From Lingula anatina (taxonomy: Eukaryota > Animalia > Brachiopoda), in NCBI GenBank assembly GCA_051362555.1, contig CM120642.1, positions 28,768,001-28,832,000 of the forward strand: a DNA stretch of 64,000 nucleotides, read 5' to 3'. A program made the position numbers and the translations under genes. This document shows positions 10,978 through 24,912 of the stretch, in pieces (the first letter of the stretch is position 1; every line of letters begins with the position of its first letter). The notes below the pieces were generated by a model. It saw only the letters and a program-made list of their open reading frames with translations, was not told the origin of the DNA and did not search any database.

Positions 10978-13900
10978 TAAAATCCAGAACAAAGTCTACT
11001 GTTTAACATTCAATTGCATTACAAGTGATTTATTTGACTAAAACCTGGCTGGAAACTGCTGATTGATATCATATATCATTTGACATTTGTCAGAAAAGTT
11101 GCAGACAATTTTTTCAACACCGATCTTTATTGGTCCAAAACTCCTTTCTTTCAAAAAGACCAGGGCTGAGCTAATAATAATGAAGAACAATAATAGCATG
11201 GATATGATAATCTATAGTGAAAAGCTATACCCAGTTGTGAATATATGTTGTTTGGTTCAAGTGGAATTGAGTATAGTTAGAAAGATTGTGAACATGACCT
11301 CAAATATGGTGCTTTCTCGGTTTCCTGACTAAGTATTTAATACAATACTTGACTTGTGATGCAAACAAGGTCCATTCCCCTGCAATGTTTACCAAGAAGA
11401 TTAACTATTACAGAAGTGACTTATCATGATCTACAAATATTTTGAAACTTCACTGGAACCTAATTTCTTATCCAAAGAGAGAACTGAACAACTTTCTTTA
11501 AGGAACATATAATGTGACAGACTTTCACATAGACTTGCCTGATAGGATTTTTTATTTTATTTCACAGTCACTTGAAAACAAAGCATGACGCTTTCTCAAG
11601 ATTCGGAAAAAAAACAATAACTCAGAACAGGAAGACTAAAGGTCAAACATCTTCATCATAGCTTTCAGAGCCAATAGAAAATAAAGTAAAATATGAGTGG
11701 AAATATCAGGATACACATCTCATCTTTTATTACAAAAACACTTCAACATGGTGTAAAACTTGGCCTGGAATAAACTAGAAACAGCATGGATGCTGCACAG
11801 AATAAAGTGAGCTGAAATGTTGTCTGCACATTATGACTTACTGGTCAGGAATTTAAAGTGCCAAGAAAAATTTATATAAGGGAAAAAAAGCTGTGTGCAA
11901 AAAGGCATCAGAACTATGTGGCAATATGTTATAAAAGGTCATTTTTGTCCACCAGGGCCATAATGCCCAGTATAATGTACTTAGACCCACATACTAGCAC
12001 TCTACATTTAAACAAAGAAATTAATAAATTCTAATTTAAACCAAGGAGTTACAACAGTTGTAACTCCTTGTTTGAACAAGGAAATTATAAAATTTATTAT
12101 TGATAAACTGGTTCAAATTTGTGGTTCAGCTAAAATTCCCCAGCTCTTTGGCAAATAAAAAAACCCTATCATACTGAACACAGAATAATATCTTTGTCAA
12201 AGTGTTTGTATAACAAGTGATTATATAAACACCAAGATACAGAAATGAAACTGGAAAATAGGCTGTTTATATAATTTTCAATATTATAAAAGTGCAAATG
12301 TAACAGGAAGATTTTTATAGGTATAAACTGACCTGAAAGGTAAGGTCCAAAATACCTGTGACAAATCTTTACAAAATTAGCAGCCAATCTGACTATCTCA
12401 AGCACATGTTGAATTATGAAGTAAGCAAGGGCACCACTTTGTGGCAAAGATGAGGCCAATTTCTCTAACTGCCTTCATTAACAACCTGATGAGGGCATAG
12501 GGAGCATGCAGCCCATTTGGACAGCATCCCAAATACCATTTGGCCATTTAATACAGATAATATAGCTGTTAATTGTCTTCGCTTTGCTTGGTCCTAAAGG
12601 GACATTGGTTATATGGTAGATTTTCAGTTATTATTCGTCACATTCAGACCATGACTTACCTGGAATGGATTTCAGTTCAAAATCCACCCTCAGACAAGCA
12701 GACCACAAATTTTTCATTATAATCCATTATTTCTACTACCGTTTATAATCATTTATCATCAAAAATGTACTAACATCCAGAGAAAAATTATAACCCATTA
12801 GATCTAAATTGATCTATTCTCAAATGCCAGATTTTAGACCAATCTCCAGTCCAACATCATCATAGTCTAAACCTAAACACAACTTTAGATAACTCAACAA
12901 GGACTTGATATGTACAAACAACAATCCATTTTTCCCCTTAAGCATGAACCATTAATGGCATACATAGTTGGTCCAGCTATTACGGGTGATGTTATTTAAC
13001 AAGGGCAGTGTCACAGAGGTCTCCTTAGGTTAAATACAGAGGATGGAAGACTGGAGTGATTTATGTATCTTGTCCTTAGCAGTTGGCACAGTAAGGTTCC
13101 TTGGTTATTTTAGACGAGGAATAAGACAGAGCACTGTCTGACAAACATTTTTCCATGTATAGTTTAAGAATTTATCTTTATTTACTAGTTAAAGAATTTA
13201 TCATTCAACATTTTCCATTTAGAGAGTGCCAGGTACTTTGCCTTAAGTATTTTTCCACATATACTTATTTTTGGTTGTTTATATTATTTTTTTTTTCTTG
13301 AAAGAGGGGGGGGGGGGGTCCAAAATATATATATATACATTACTGCAACAAATTAGGACACTTTTTATTTTCAAATTTAAATCACTTCCCATTCATAAAG
13401 AGCTTTGTTGATGAAATATCAGTAAACCAGCTGTTACGGGGATCAAACAGTTTACTATAAGGGCAATCCTATTAGCTAGTTGAGTCAATGACCAAGCTGT
13501 ATTTAATTAATGCAATAGTCTCTGGATATTCCCATCCCCCACATACAAATCATAGCTGAGGTTACACACCAGACCACACAGTGTACTATAACCAAATGCG
13601 TCTACATTACATATGTGTACATTATACTGTAGCTGTAGGAATTCCTTGCAAATGATTGGGGAGATTATGCCAATACTGTGTGATATATCTCAGTATTTCG
13701 TTAAGAATTAGTCAAATACATGTTTAATATAGAATTCATTGTGAACTGGGGCATTTATCTATTCCTATAATAAATAACAGTTAAAATTAAATTCTATAAT
13801 TAATTCTTCTGTATTTAAAATAGGTACCAGTATTTGCATGTTTTTTTGTTAACCATGATTTCTGAAGCATTGCGCCAGAAGAATGGAAGTCAGAACATGT

Positions 13901-14482
13901 TCACCGTTGACATTATCAGTCATTTATAGGGCAAACAGGGAGGAGAAAGTTTAAAGAACCTCCTGTTCCTTTTCCTGATCAAAGAAGTTCAATATTCGGT
14001 TCACCTCGTACAAGTCATAACTGACTAGTAATTCCCATTTACTAGTTTCAGTGCGGAACTTTGTGAGACAATATGTGTCAACACAGCAATTACTGGTCTG
14101 AATAACAGCCGTTGCCATCACGACCACTCCAAGAAAGTGATCACCAGACACGATCCCAAACCAGCAGAAGTAGATATTGCTCCAAAGATGACATGTGTAG
14201 CTGATGGTAGAAGAACCGATCATTGTTTACGGTGGCAGCCATTTTTGGGCAGGGCACTTGCCTACAGTACAGAGGACAGCCTGCGGTGGCCGATTTGATT
14301 TTACCCCTTTCTACTATAAAGTACTCCCTCGATTTCACCTACCTGTTAATGTTATATCTCTTCTGAACTGAAGACCCATCCTTGGACCATTTCCCGTTAG
14401 TCATGCGATGAAATACATGGCCCTCGTTCCTCGTATATATAACAACGTGAGTAATGTAGTACGCACAGTTTGAATAACAGTA

Positions 14483-14501
14483 GTCACGTGACCCGGAAGT
14501 G
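14483..14501. promoter_or_regulatory. Adjacent palindromic E-box (CLEAR/USF type GTCACGTGAC) and ETS site (CCGGAAGTG); probable crumbs promoter
   Basis: Exact consensus motifs abut at 14483-14492 and 14493-14501 in a locally CpG-richer stretch; minus-strand donor-like sites downstream (CAG|GTAGGT ending at 14343, GAG|GTGAAC ending at 14005); the crumbs ATG exon has an acceptor and so needs an upstream exon. Confidence 0.5.
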
Positions 14502-15987
14502 CACCGATACCATGCGGTTACTCGTTCTGAAAGTGACCGACTTGGAAATGCTTTTGTTGTGAAAACAGAAGTGCAACAGAGTGTTTCGTTTTCATCTTTT
14601 CTAAGGCATTCCGACGAACTGAATCACCGTGAATGTATTTTGAGACGGCCTATTTTTTTCTTTTTTACTCCCATTTCCCCATCAACCAATAATAAATAAA
14701 CTGAATTTTAAAAATCAAGTGTGTGTGTTTGTGTGTGTGTGTGTGTGTGGTGGGGGGTAGACCGAAAATATAAACCCTAGGCTTCTTCACCTGCACCAAA
14801 CTCTTTCAATTGAGATATTATTGTCTTATTCTATTCAATACTATGACATGTTGGAACTTTGAACTTGGGTCAAATGACGAACCTAAAGGAAAACTGCGTG
14901 AAACGTTCTCTTCAAATGGTGCGATAACTGAAGAATTAAACGATAGGGCCTACACCAGAGGTCCATCTACAGAAAATTGTTTTATTACAGATTATTTACT
15001 AGTTCTTATAATTCACACGAAGAAAATATCAATGGGAACGGCATTAATATCTGCATTACGTGCAGAGCTTTTTTATCCCAGAGGTACAGAATCCTGTGCA
15101 AATACCGTAGTTTTTAGAAGGTAACTTTGTGCGTGTGTCGGGGAGGTCTCAGATGGGTCAGATCACTTTTAAAATGGTTATTGTGGGAGTAAGTCGTGAG
15201 CCCAAACATGCCCCCTTTAAACTTGTATCAATTACACGTGTTTTGGAGATCCCCTGGTGTTTTGATTTTTATCACATGTCCATCTCCTAATTTTGAAGGA
15301 GTCAAGGCGGAGAGGTAGCCTGGGGCTTTAATATTTTATAGATGTGGTTTTCAAGCTAGCGCACTGTGTATATAAGTGTGCATTTCTTATTGCACAGCAA
15401 AATATATAGTAAAATGGTGCCTGGTTATTCTGCATACAAATAAAGCAAATGCACAAAACTCGCCATGCATACATACATGTAGATTACATGTACTTTTATT
15501 TCATAACATTTTTTTCCTGGAATAGAAACATTTCTAAAAATCAGTCGTCCGGAAATTACTAATGTGAGCGTATAAGCTTTCTAGTAAGTGTATAAAAGGC
15601 CAGAACCATAAATCATAAGAAGAATGAATTTTTGTTTTTCCGTTATGTCCTGGAACTACCGTTTATCACCAGTGACATGACACCATTACGATACGTCAGA
15701 GTAATTGTGGTCACGCGAGATCGTGATTGACGTCTCGTGGTTTGTGTGGTTGTCACGGGACTTTGGTTACTGCTGATACCCTGACCATGGTTACACACAC
15801 CAAAGCCACAATATACTGTCATTTCGATGCGTTTCAAAAAATGTGTAACCAAGAAGTTGTAACTTCTTGGTGTAACATAAAATGCAATTGTCAAATACAC
15901 ACAAATGAAAAGACTTTTCATGAAAAAAAAAAGACAAAGTTGGCTATGTTTAACCATATACGATAAAACTGATAGTTTAACTTCATT

Positions 15988-16041
15988 CTTAAGGGTATTT
16001 TTATATAAGGTATGCTATCCGTATATAAAAATACCCTTAAG
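15988..16041. repeat. Perfect 20-bp inverted repeat with TTAA ends (Kolobok-like mini element or hairpin) in the SLC22 3' region
   Basis: CTTAAGGGTATTTTTATATA (15988-16007), 14-nt spacer, TATATAAAAATACCCTTAAG (16022-16041). Confidence 0.85.
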
Positions 16042-16437
16042 TCGTAACTTCTCTGTCTATATACATGTATCTAGACATTTGAAACTAAATCATTTAATCA
16101 GAAATGACATAATACATCGAGTCCAAGTTCATGGATGGGAGGCACAATGATTCGGGAGTAGAAAAATATTGCTTTTTTTCTGAAGGAAGATTCGATTTGG
16201 AGCAAAGATCCCAGAAAGGATATCTTTCATTGGACTATTTGGCACTAGGCGAATGGGAGTTGAGCTTCGCTCACCGATGAAGGTGGCAGTCGGACCTGAG
16301 AATTAGAGAATGATACTCGATGAGATATTGCATAGAATCGGCCCAAACGATGTCTCCAACAAATTGCCAATAATGGTTTTCGGTTGCAGTTTTCGTTGTT
16401 TCTAGCTCAACATAAAACATCACTTAGATCCACGTCT

Positions 16438-19400
16438 TCAGACATTATTGGGAGCAGATGTAGTGCAATCTTCAGAGTGAGCAGGAGTGCCATTTTTCAT
16501 CAGTTTTGCATCTACATCCGGGTCGCTCGGCGTGTCTTCTGTAGGAAATGATTCGGAGCCATTATCGGAATCAGTGGCGGCAGCTTTACAGTGACCAAAC
16601 AATCTGAAACAGCATTGTTGCAAAATATAACTATGTTATTCAATAAATCACGGTAAACATCACCCCCATCCCTTTCTGCCAAGGGCAACTTTATGGATTT
16701 TTTAAAATCATAAATACAACCTTAGATTTATGATGCACCTTTTCAGTACAATGTACGTTATTCAGCAGCTCTCGCTAGACAAGGGCAAGACCTTCAACAA
16801 AATTTATTATTATGAGTGTAGAGATAAGAGATATGGTCGTATTCCTTACCCAGCTGAATTCAATAACGTGTCAAACTCCCTTATGTTCTGAGGAAGTTTG
16901 CGGTTCACTGTTTCCGGGAGCAGCATGGCCAGAAAGCCAGCGGCAATAGCATTGAGCCCAAAGATTACCATAGGCAGATAGGAGACTAAATCCTTCAGCA
17001 TCATTATCTGTGGACCAAGAGCACTGCCGAATCGTGCAAAGGCAGATCCCATACCAATAGCAATGATCCTGAAACACCACAAAACGTGTCCTTTAATTCA
17101 CTGTGAAAAAATCCAAACCAAACCCCCCCCCCAAAAAAAAAAATGCGAACAAATTTGCTTCAAAAAATTAATAAAATTGAGACAGCCGTACTTATAGATT
17201 AAGCACACAGACAAAGCAAAATACGACAAGCTGATACGTTCTGTGAAGCAGAAAATAAAACAAAATAAAAATCGCAAATAGGGAGTGTTTTTAAACATCG
17301 CTGATATTTCATTAACAATTTAAGGCTTGCTATAATTGCTCCTTCTACGTTACACAATGTATATGTTATGTTTTAGCATGCTGCAACCCCTGGCCTTGCC
17401 TCATCACTGTGGGGTAGCACTCGGCCGTGAACAGCCAGATGATCACGAAGGACGCTGAGATTCCCATCTTCCCAATGATTGCAAAGGTCACGATTAACCA
17501 GTGGACGTCTGGATGTTTAAAAGATAGCTCAAAACAAGACATAAAATGACAAGACATTGTTTCCCGTTATTTGATTACCAAACATAAACTTATGATATTC
17601 ACGCAATATTACTTACAGTATAAAGAGCAAAAAAGCGTGAAAACGGCAGATAGTTTTTGATTTAATTTTCGAAATTACAAATTACAAAACAATTCATTTG
17701 CTCAAGTTTTTGTCTGTGACGTAAGCAAACTACATGTACATCAGTGGCTACGGTGGGATGGTTTAAATCCATATGACTAATAAACAGAAAAGCCGGTGGT
17801 AGGCCTATAATCGCTTCATCGTCATCCATCAAATGACCTGTTCTTAATTTACATTAATGCCAATTTTTGTATTCCATTATTAATTAAACGCTTTGGACAC
17901 TTCGATTTTCTGATGTATATGATATGGATGGGGGCTTTATTGACTTCCTTGTAAAGACACGCCAGATATAATCAAATAAAATTGAAATACAAATCTACTG
18001 TCAAAACTTGAACAACACAAAAAGGAAAAAATCTTATTAACAATGTACTTGGAAAATAAAACCTACATTACTTGAACAAATGCTTATATAATCTAGATTA
18101 GAATTTTCTCGTTTTGTGAAGCAAGACTAAATACGAATGTTCTTAAAATGTGTAGGCCTACCCACCAGAAGTTAGGCACCCAGACACCAAGCAGCCAATG
18201 CCACCAAGTAACATGGTACCAATCAGCGTCGTGCGTCTTCCGATCTTGTTTACGGCATATATGGCGAAGGCGTACGCCGGAATCTCAATGGCGCCCATCA
18301 GGGTAAAGTTAACGTAGAGGTTGCCGCCGAGATCTTCCGTTCCCAGAGAAACACCGTAGTAGACCATGCCGTTCACCATCCTTGGAACAAGAAGGCCTTT
18401 TTATGAAATATGTTTTTGTGATCTATAGATAGGAACTATTCTTTTACTTAGAGACCAAGTATCATGAGTCAAACATGACATTTCGATCCACCATCTATGG
18501 ACAAGTAACCAATAAGAGGTTAATTAAGCGACATGGTTGACAAATCTCGCATTCTTCGCAATTTGGGCAGTAAGAGAGCTATTCCATTGTAAATAAGAGA
18601 GACAAAAGAGTCATTTATCTAAGCACCTGAATATCGATGGCTTGTTAGTTTTATCGAGAAGAAGAATACATGTCTCATATGATTTAATCGTGAATATCGC
18701 AAAAAAAAAAAAAATCAGATTTCGTTATCTCAGAAATGTCAGTGTAACACATTATGTTACAACCATCACAAAAATATTGGTGCAGTAGCTGTTATATGTC
18801 ATCACTGAAGCGTTCTGTACAAAAATAAGGGCCCAAAAATACGTTTTACATCCTAGAATAGATCACGAAGGAAGAACATGTACGCATAGGCAATCAACAA
18901 GGCAATGCAGTATAGATTATACTGGGTAAGACAACACTAACCAGATAAAGCACATGCTCGCAGTGATCGCCAGTCGACGCCTTGTTCTCACTAAGTCTAA
19001 CGGAGTGAAGGTTTCGGCCAGCGCCTTGGCGTCTCTAGAGGTTTTTAAAACCCCCTGTATGTCCCCCTCTTTCACGTCGACTTTGTTCCATCTTGCCACC
19101 TTTCGAAGCAGTTTCTCAGCCTCACTATGCCGACCTCTAGACAATAGCCAGCGAAACGATTCTGGTAGCGTCCTTGAAGAAAAACCAACAATTTCATTGT
19201 AACCTGCCAAAGCTAAAATAAGCTATATAGAAATGTGCATACATGTATGCATTATTGAAGAAGTACAATGTTTGTAAAAGCTACATTAATTTTGAATCGG
19301 ACAGTCATTTTGTGATAGTTGAAAAGTGGAACTGAAAAGTTAATGTTCCCAGTTAAAATACTGCGTCAGCAGTATGATGCCATGGGTCTCTGGAACAGAC

Positions 19401-22400
19401 CTTCGAACACTGGTCGTCAAATATACGCATTCCCGTTCTCAACGCTTTTGATTATCAACCACCCACTGAAAGGCGAATACTCACAGCCAGAAGAATCCAA
19501 ATAATATACAAGGTGCGTACAGGGCCAGAGCAAGGTGTCTCCAGTCACGGATGAAGTAGGCAAAGAGAACGAGGACAAAATAGCCCAATGTGAAGAAGTA
19601 GGTCATTGAAATAGCCGCTGAATTGCGCTTGCTTGGACCCACGAACTCAACGGCTGAAATGAGAAAATTTCAAATAGTCATGCATTCTGCTCAATTACAA
19701 ATTAAAATAGGATATATTTAATTAATTTGGGTTTCTAATAGTATTCCGTCTGCCTGTCTATAGAGAAGATACACGCTGGCCCCTTCTGTACCTTTAAGCA
19801 TTCCAAAACAGTTTTTTTCATAATTAACGAATTTTTTCGGGGTAATAGCATTTTCCCCCTCCTTACCCACCTTTAATCTTCCTTCTCTGACATTTGCCAT
19901 AACTCTGTAACAATTTTGGAAAAAAAAGCTAAAGGTCAAAGCTGCGCTTAAGCGCAGGTTTTCCTGATACGCCATTCAACCAATGGCTCTACTTCCGGAT
20001 ATTCCGAGACAATTGTGCCGTGATTTAGTTAAAATTGCGTTTTTTTCAAACTGTGACTGACTACCAGGTTGGACGGGGGACAAGGAGTTTTTAAAGGTCA
20101 TATATATGTCATTATAGACCTATTTTTAAAAGTTTTATTGTTCTCAGATAAGTTCAACAATAAGCTATCCATGAATTTAGAATGCGTTTAAAATCCTGGC
20201 TTGGATTGCCTAAAATGACAAAATACTGACACGGCCTATACTTTAGTAAACCTAAATTGTGCTAGAACCAATAAATAGGCTATCATTTGAAAACTGCCAA
20301 CGCGTGTGACCAATAGAGAAACAATAATATGGTGTTGCATAGTGAGATTTACATAGGGCATGAACTACTCTGCGTGTGCTGTGTTTTGTATTATATAAAA
20401 TCCCCCTGCTCTGTCACACAACCTATATCAGATGGTAATAAAAACATCATGTGTGTTTTAATATCAAAACAATACAGAAGCAGGACAGACCTAGAAGATA
20501 TGAACATTCTTATGTCTTGACATTTACGACGACTATAGGTTGTTTTGGAAGGCGGCAAAAATGGCTATACACTGAAGTACAGCAAAATAATTGTTGCATT
20601 TCCAGAACACCAGCTTGAAGGGATAACAACTATTCGTTTTGGAAAAAAATATTAGGGGAAAACGACAATTTCCCATGCTTACCAATGGTTAATAAATCTA
20701 TTTCGGACATTCAAAGTTTGTCTATGTTTTTTTTTTCTAAAAAATATTTTTGTAAATATTTCTTAAGAGATAATTACGGAGATATAGACATCTCTGAAGG
20801 TCCATGTGGTTTGATGGCAAGCTCAGATTCCAGAATCATTGCCGTTTTGGTGGTAAAATGGGTTTTATTATTTTTCTATGAATTGTGAACAATGTTTTTA
20901 TTGTGAAATATAAATCTCATACGAACAGTTTTCTCTCTAACACCATGCAATGCATGCCTCTGCTTATTCCCTAACAAATGATGCCTGCAGTAATGAAGAG
21001 AAAAATCGTTAGAATACCTGTATACTTAAACATGCAATATACATACCTATGGTGTAAGCCACGTTAAAATAAAACCCATTTAGCACGCCTTGGATACCCT
21101 GAGATACAACATATACCACCATACTGGGAATGAGCGCCGTCGCTATCCCCAGCAACACGGAAACCATCAGAGCCAGCAACACCGAGGGGCGACGACCAAA
21201 CCTTTGAAAAAAGAATAGTACGTTTAAGGTTTGCTTTTTTCATGAATTTCCCTGAAATAGTACAATCCATTCAAATATGTGCGCACTCCTGTGTGCCTTT
21301 CCTTAGTAGACAGATTACATAGAAGTATAGGTTTGAACGTTTACATATTCTCATACCGGAAAATTTCACTTTTTTCTTGAAACCTAAATGAATTCGACCT
21401 GCTCTCCTCTCAAATAGAAAATGATTTGGTATCAAATTAATGCATTTTAAGTACGCACGAATCTCATTGCGGTTTATGGAACCCAAAAACGAATTTCTTT
21501 TCTTTTTTTTTTTTTTTTGGGGGGGGGGGGAGTAATCTTTTTAATTTATTTATTCTTTTATTATTTTTCTTGCTATAGTTTTAAGGCGTTGGAAGTGGAT
21601 TTTTGAAGACATACCTGTCTGAAATAACGCCTGATATGATGTCCCCTATTAGCTTCCCTATAAAGAAAACTGACTTGCTGGTACTGACTTGCCACTCGCT
21701 GCCGCACGCTAGATCAAACTGAAAATAATTCACAGACAGATCTAGATAAAATCATGTTTTCTTAAAAGAAAGTAATGTTGATGGTGTGACCCTTGAATAT
21801 GTTTTAGAAAAAAAGAACAACTCCAGTAAAGTGGTTATTTGCCTCAACAGATATTCAAAAGAAAGAAAACGTTAAATATTTTGTTCCAGATCTTTTTTAA
21901 AATAATCGTATCCCCCCTCTCCGTTTATGTGCATCTCTGAGTACTGTTAATACATTTAAATGTGATCTATTGATGAGATTAACTGTTCAAATGGAATGAT
22001 ACATGCAATGCGCACAACAATATTCTCTAAATATTCATTTGATATGCAAAACTGTAGCATAAACATGCAGACAATATTCAATGTTCCCATTGTAATGTGT
22101 TGGTCAAATGAACCTGTTTTACACATGCTGGTTCGAAACATGAGGGCCGATGAAAGGAGTTATACAGGATGAGATCACCATTTAATGAAAAGGTCGGAAA
22201 ATATGGCGTGGGTTTCATGGGCTGCCTAGGCTAAAGATATTTTTGGAACCCCATAAAGCCAAAAATACACCGACGGTCGGAAAATGTCATGCCTGTTTAT
22301 ACCAAGCATATTGCTAGTTGAACTAATCTAAAAGATACAAACAATTGCTTTCATTATGTCGCATTTGATAATATTGTGTAATACTTTGATATAATGGGTG

Positions 22401-22884
22401 ACTTTTTGGGTTCATAATCGTTCAATAGAGAGTTTGCATACACGGGGCTTGCATTAAAAATTACCTCAGATACGACCGTGGACGTGTAGATGTCTTTAGC
22501 GTAGGTCCTCCCTTCAGGGCAAGGCAGCTCTGTGCGATTCCCATCAGACTGGCCCGTCCATGCCGAAATGAAGTCTTCTGTATCATTTCCAACGTTCCGA
22601 ATCACGATGCTACATGTGCCTGGTACCACTCTATTGACATCTTGGTCTGTTGGAAATGACGTGTTTGGCGGGAAGAGTCGCGAGGACAGGTTGTTGTAAG
22701 GCGCGAGTGTGACGTTCTCGTAGACTTGCGGTACCTTGCAGTGGTAACTGGGGGTGGCCGTAAAAAAGACTGATCCCAACATGTTAAAAGTGGCATACAT
22801 ATTGATCAGACATATTGAGATATACTGCAGCCTTTGGTATCTCCCGAACTCCCCGACTATCTTCAGAAAATCGTCCAGATGCAT
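16438..22884 (-). CDS. SLC22-family organic cation transporter (Orct-like), ~595 aa, 9 coding exons
   Basis: Exons 22884-22465, 21718-21615, 21201-21047, 19653-19485, 19172-18942, 18380-18166, 17508-17400, 17068-16850, 16603-16438 join in frame (1788 nt). Motifs GEFGRYQ, STVVSEFDLAC, SDRFGRR, EFVGPSKR, PESFRWL, AECYPTVMR, LLPET. Exon sizes 104/155/169/109 nt are typical of SLC22 genes. Confidence 0.95.
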
Positions 22885-24452
22885 GATGCCGTCTAGATGT
22901 GTGTTGAGTGTAACGCGTCTCGTGTTTTGTGGTCGCCCTCACCACGCTGGAGTCATTTATAGACAAAGACCTTGTCCGAGAATGCGTCAACCGAATGGAA
23001 AAATACAAACTGTTCGCTTCAGAATGCCTGGAAAGGTCAATGTAAATGTGTTGTCACAATCCTGATAAACATTCATTTAAAGGTAAAGCCATTGGTTTAA
23101 TATTATAAAATCAAACACTGTCACCTTCGAATTTCAAACAGGCTAACCATTGGACGGCATAAGGTGCAATCCACCAGCCCTGTTTTCAATAGCCAAAACC
23201 TGCCACCAATTTGCCGTTTATCAACATTCTTCCATCGCAACTGCCATTAATGGCACCTCGGGGTGACAAATTTGAGTCCGTTTACTGATAGAACGGTGTA
23301 ACGTGACAGAGAGCCCCCCATGACAGAGAGTCCGCTTCCCATTTATTTGAACAGGTAAGCCTCGCGCTAGATTTTGACCCACTTAGATCAGGCTAACCCT
23401 AACCATTATAACTAAATGGAGGGCGGATTTTCTGTCACACGGACCCTCAGTTTTGTTACACCTAGAATGGCCAAGGGGGGTTGGTGCCAAAGTTAAGAGG
23501 CTTTACATGACAATTTAATTTTAATTTGAGAGTTGGGTTCTTTTTAAGTTGTTAAAGGGATACCAACTCTTCATATGAGACTCAAAATTCCACATTAAAT
23601 ACATTGTAAGAACAACACTTAGAAATAATATTAGAAATTCTATTTTACAACCAAAACGGAGGTTATAGCAATTATTCTAAATTCTGAAGAATTCTATTCC
23701 GATTCACTCTCGCTCGGTCTTACGTATGTTGTAACAGGAAGCTCAACGTTCCCATTATACAATCATGAACATCAAAACTGGGCTGAGGATATCACCTTAG
23801 CATGATATAAACATGACCTTAGTTCACAATTATCATTTATTACAATTCTTACGATTCTCTCCAAGCAATAATGTGATTGGCTTCTCATCTAACACATTCC
23901 ACAGTAAAAGATACTCAGGCCGCATCCAGCTGCCTCCTCTAAATTTCGCTTGATAATAATAGCATAGAGATTTAATTATAAAATAAAACTATATACACGA
24001 AACAAATTGCTTTTCTTAATCCTAAAATTATCTTAGAAAATCTAAACGTCGTCTGGTACGTTATTACCAGTATCTGAATGTTGGACTGCGCGTAGCACTT
24101 TCAAGATGTGAGCAACACTATACAAACTAGACGCTAACTTTTTCGCAGATGCAACATCCAGTAATTTCTGTAAATCAAGAGTGCTATGTAATGTGATCAA
24201 TCTTGGTGTCAAAACATTTAGATAAAGAATTGGCTATAACGAATTGGCTATATAACGTACCTTGCGTCCGACGGGCTGCGTCATACAACATCCCATTCGA
24301 GCCAATGCAGAGAAATTGTCTGGCTCGTGATTGCCGGAGTGTTACCTGTACACAAAATAGGAGCATGCATTCGGCACATCCGAACTATGTTACCTATGTT
24401 ACCTATAGTTACCTAACTAATGCACCATGTCCTTGGTAACTACTTATAAATC

Positions 24453-24912
24453 AACTGTTATAGTACACCTGCCGAAAGCCTCTCCAAAACAGTGGAAAAC
24501 ATAGTACTACCTAATGGCAATTACTGGACATAAACGCGATGTTTATGACCACTATATGTCCGAGAGTACGTGCCTTTCATTGATATAGGTTCATTTTAAA
24601 GAAAGGAACATAATTTCAACAGTTACAACAGGTGTAATATACTTGAAAAGAAGAACCACCGTCTTAACCAAAATGATTTTTAAAAGTAAATTAACTGTTA
24701 TTGTACACCTGCCGAAAGCCTTTCTAATACAGTGAAAACATAGTACTACCTAATGGCAATTACTGGACATAAATGCGATTTTTATGACAACTATATGTCC
24801 GAGAGTATGCGCCTTTCATTGATATAGGTTCATTTTAAAGAAAGGAACATAATTTCAACAGTTACAACAGGTGTTTAAACCTTCTAAACCGAAATTATTT
24901 TAAAAAGTAATT
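24453..24912. repeat. Direct tandem duplication, 240-bp period, 2 copies
   Basis: AACTGTTA(T)AGTACACCTGCCGAAAGCC...ACAACAGGTGT at 24453 and 24693. Confidence 0.9.

Noticed and set aside
12486-12520. CTGATGA-GGGC...GCCC (hammerhead?)
   Set aside because: Stem II is followed by ATTT rather than GAAA; no stems I or III.
13951-14338. Minus-strand ORFs as an N-terminal extension of crumbs
   Set aside because: Splicing from the 14005 donor to the 3433 acceptor is not in frame with the crumbs ATG, which already begins a good signal peptide.
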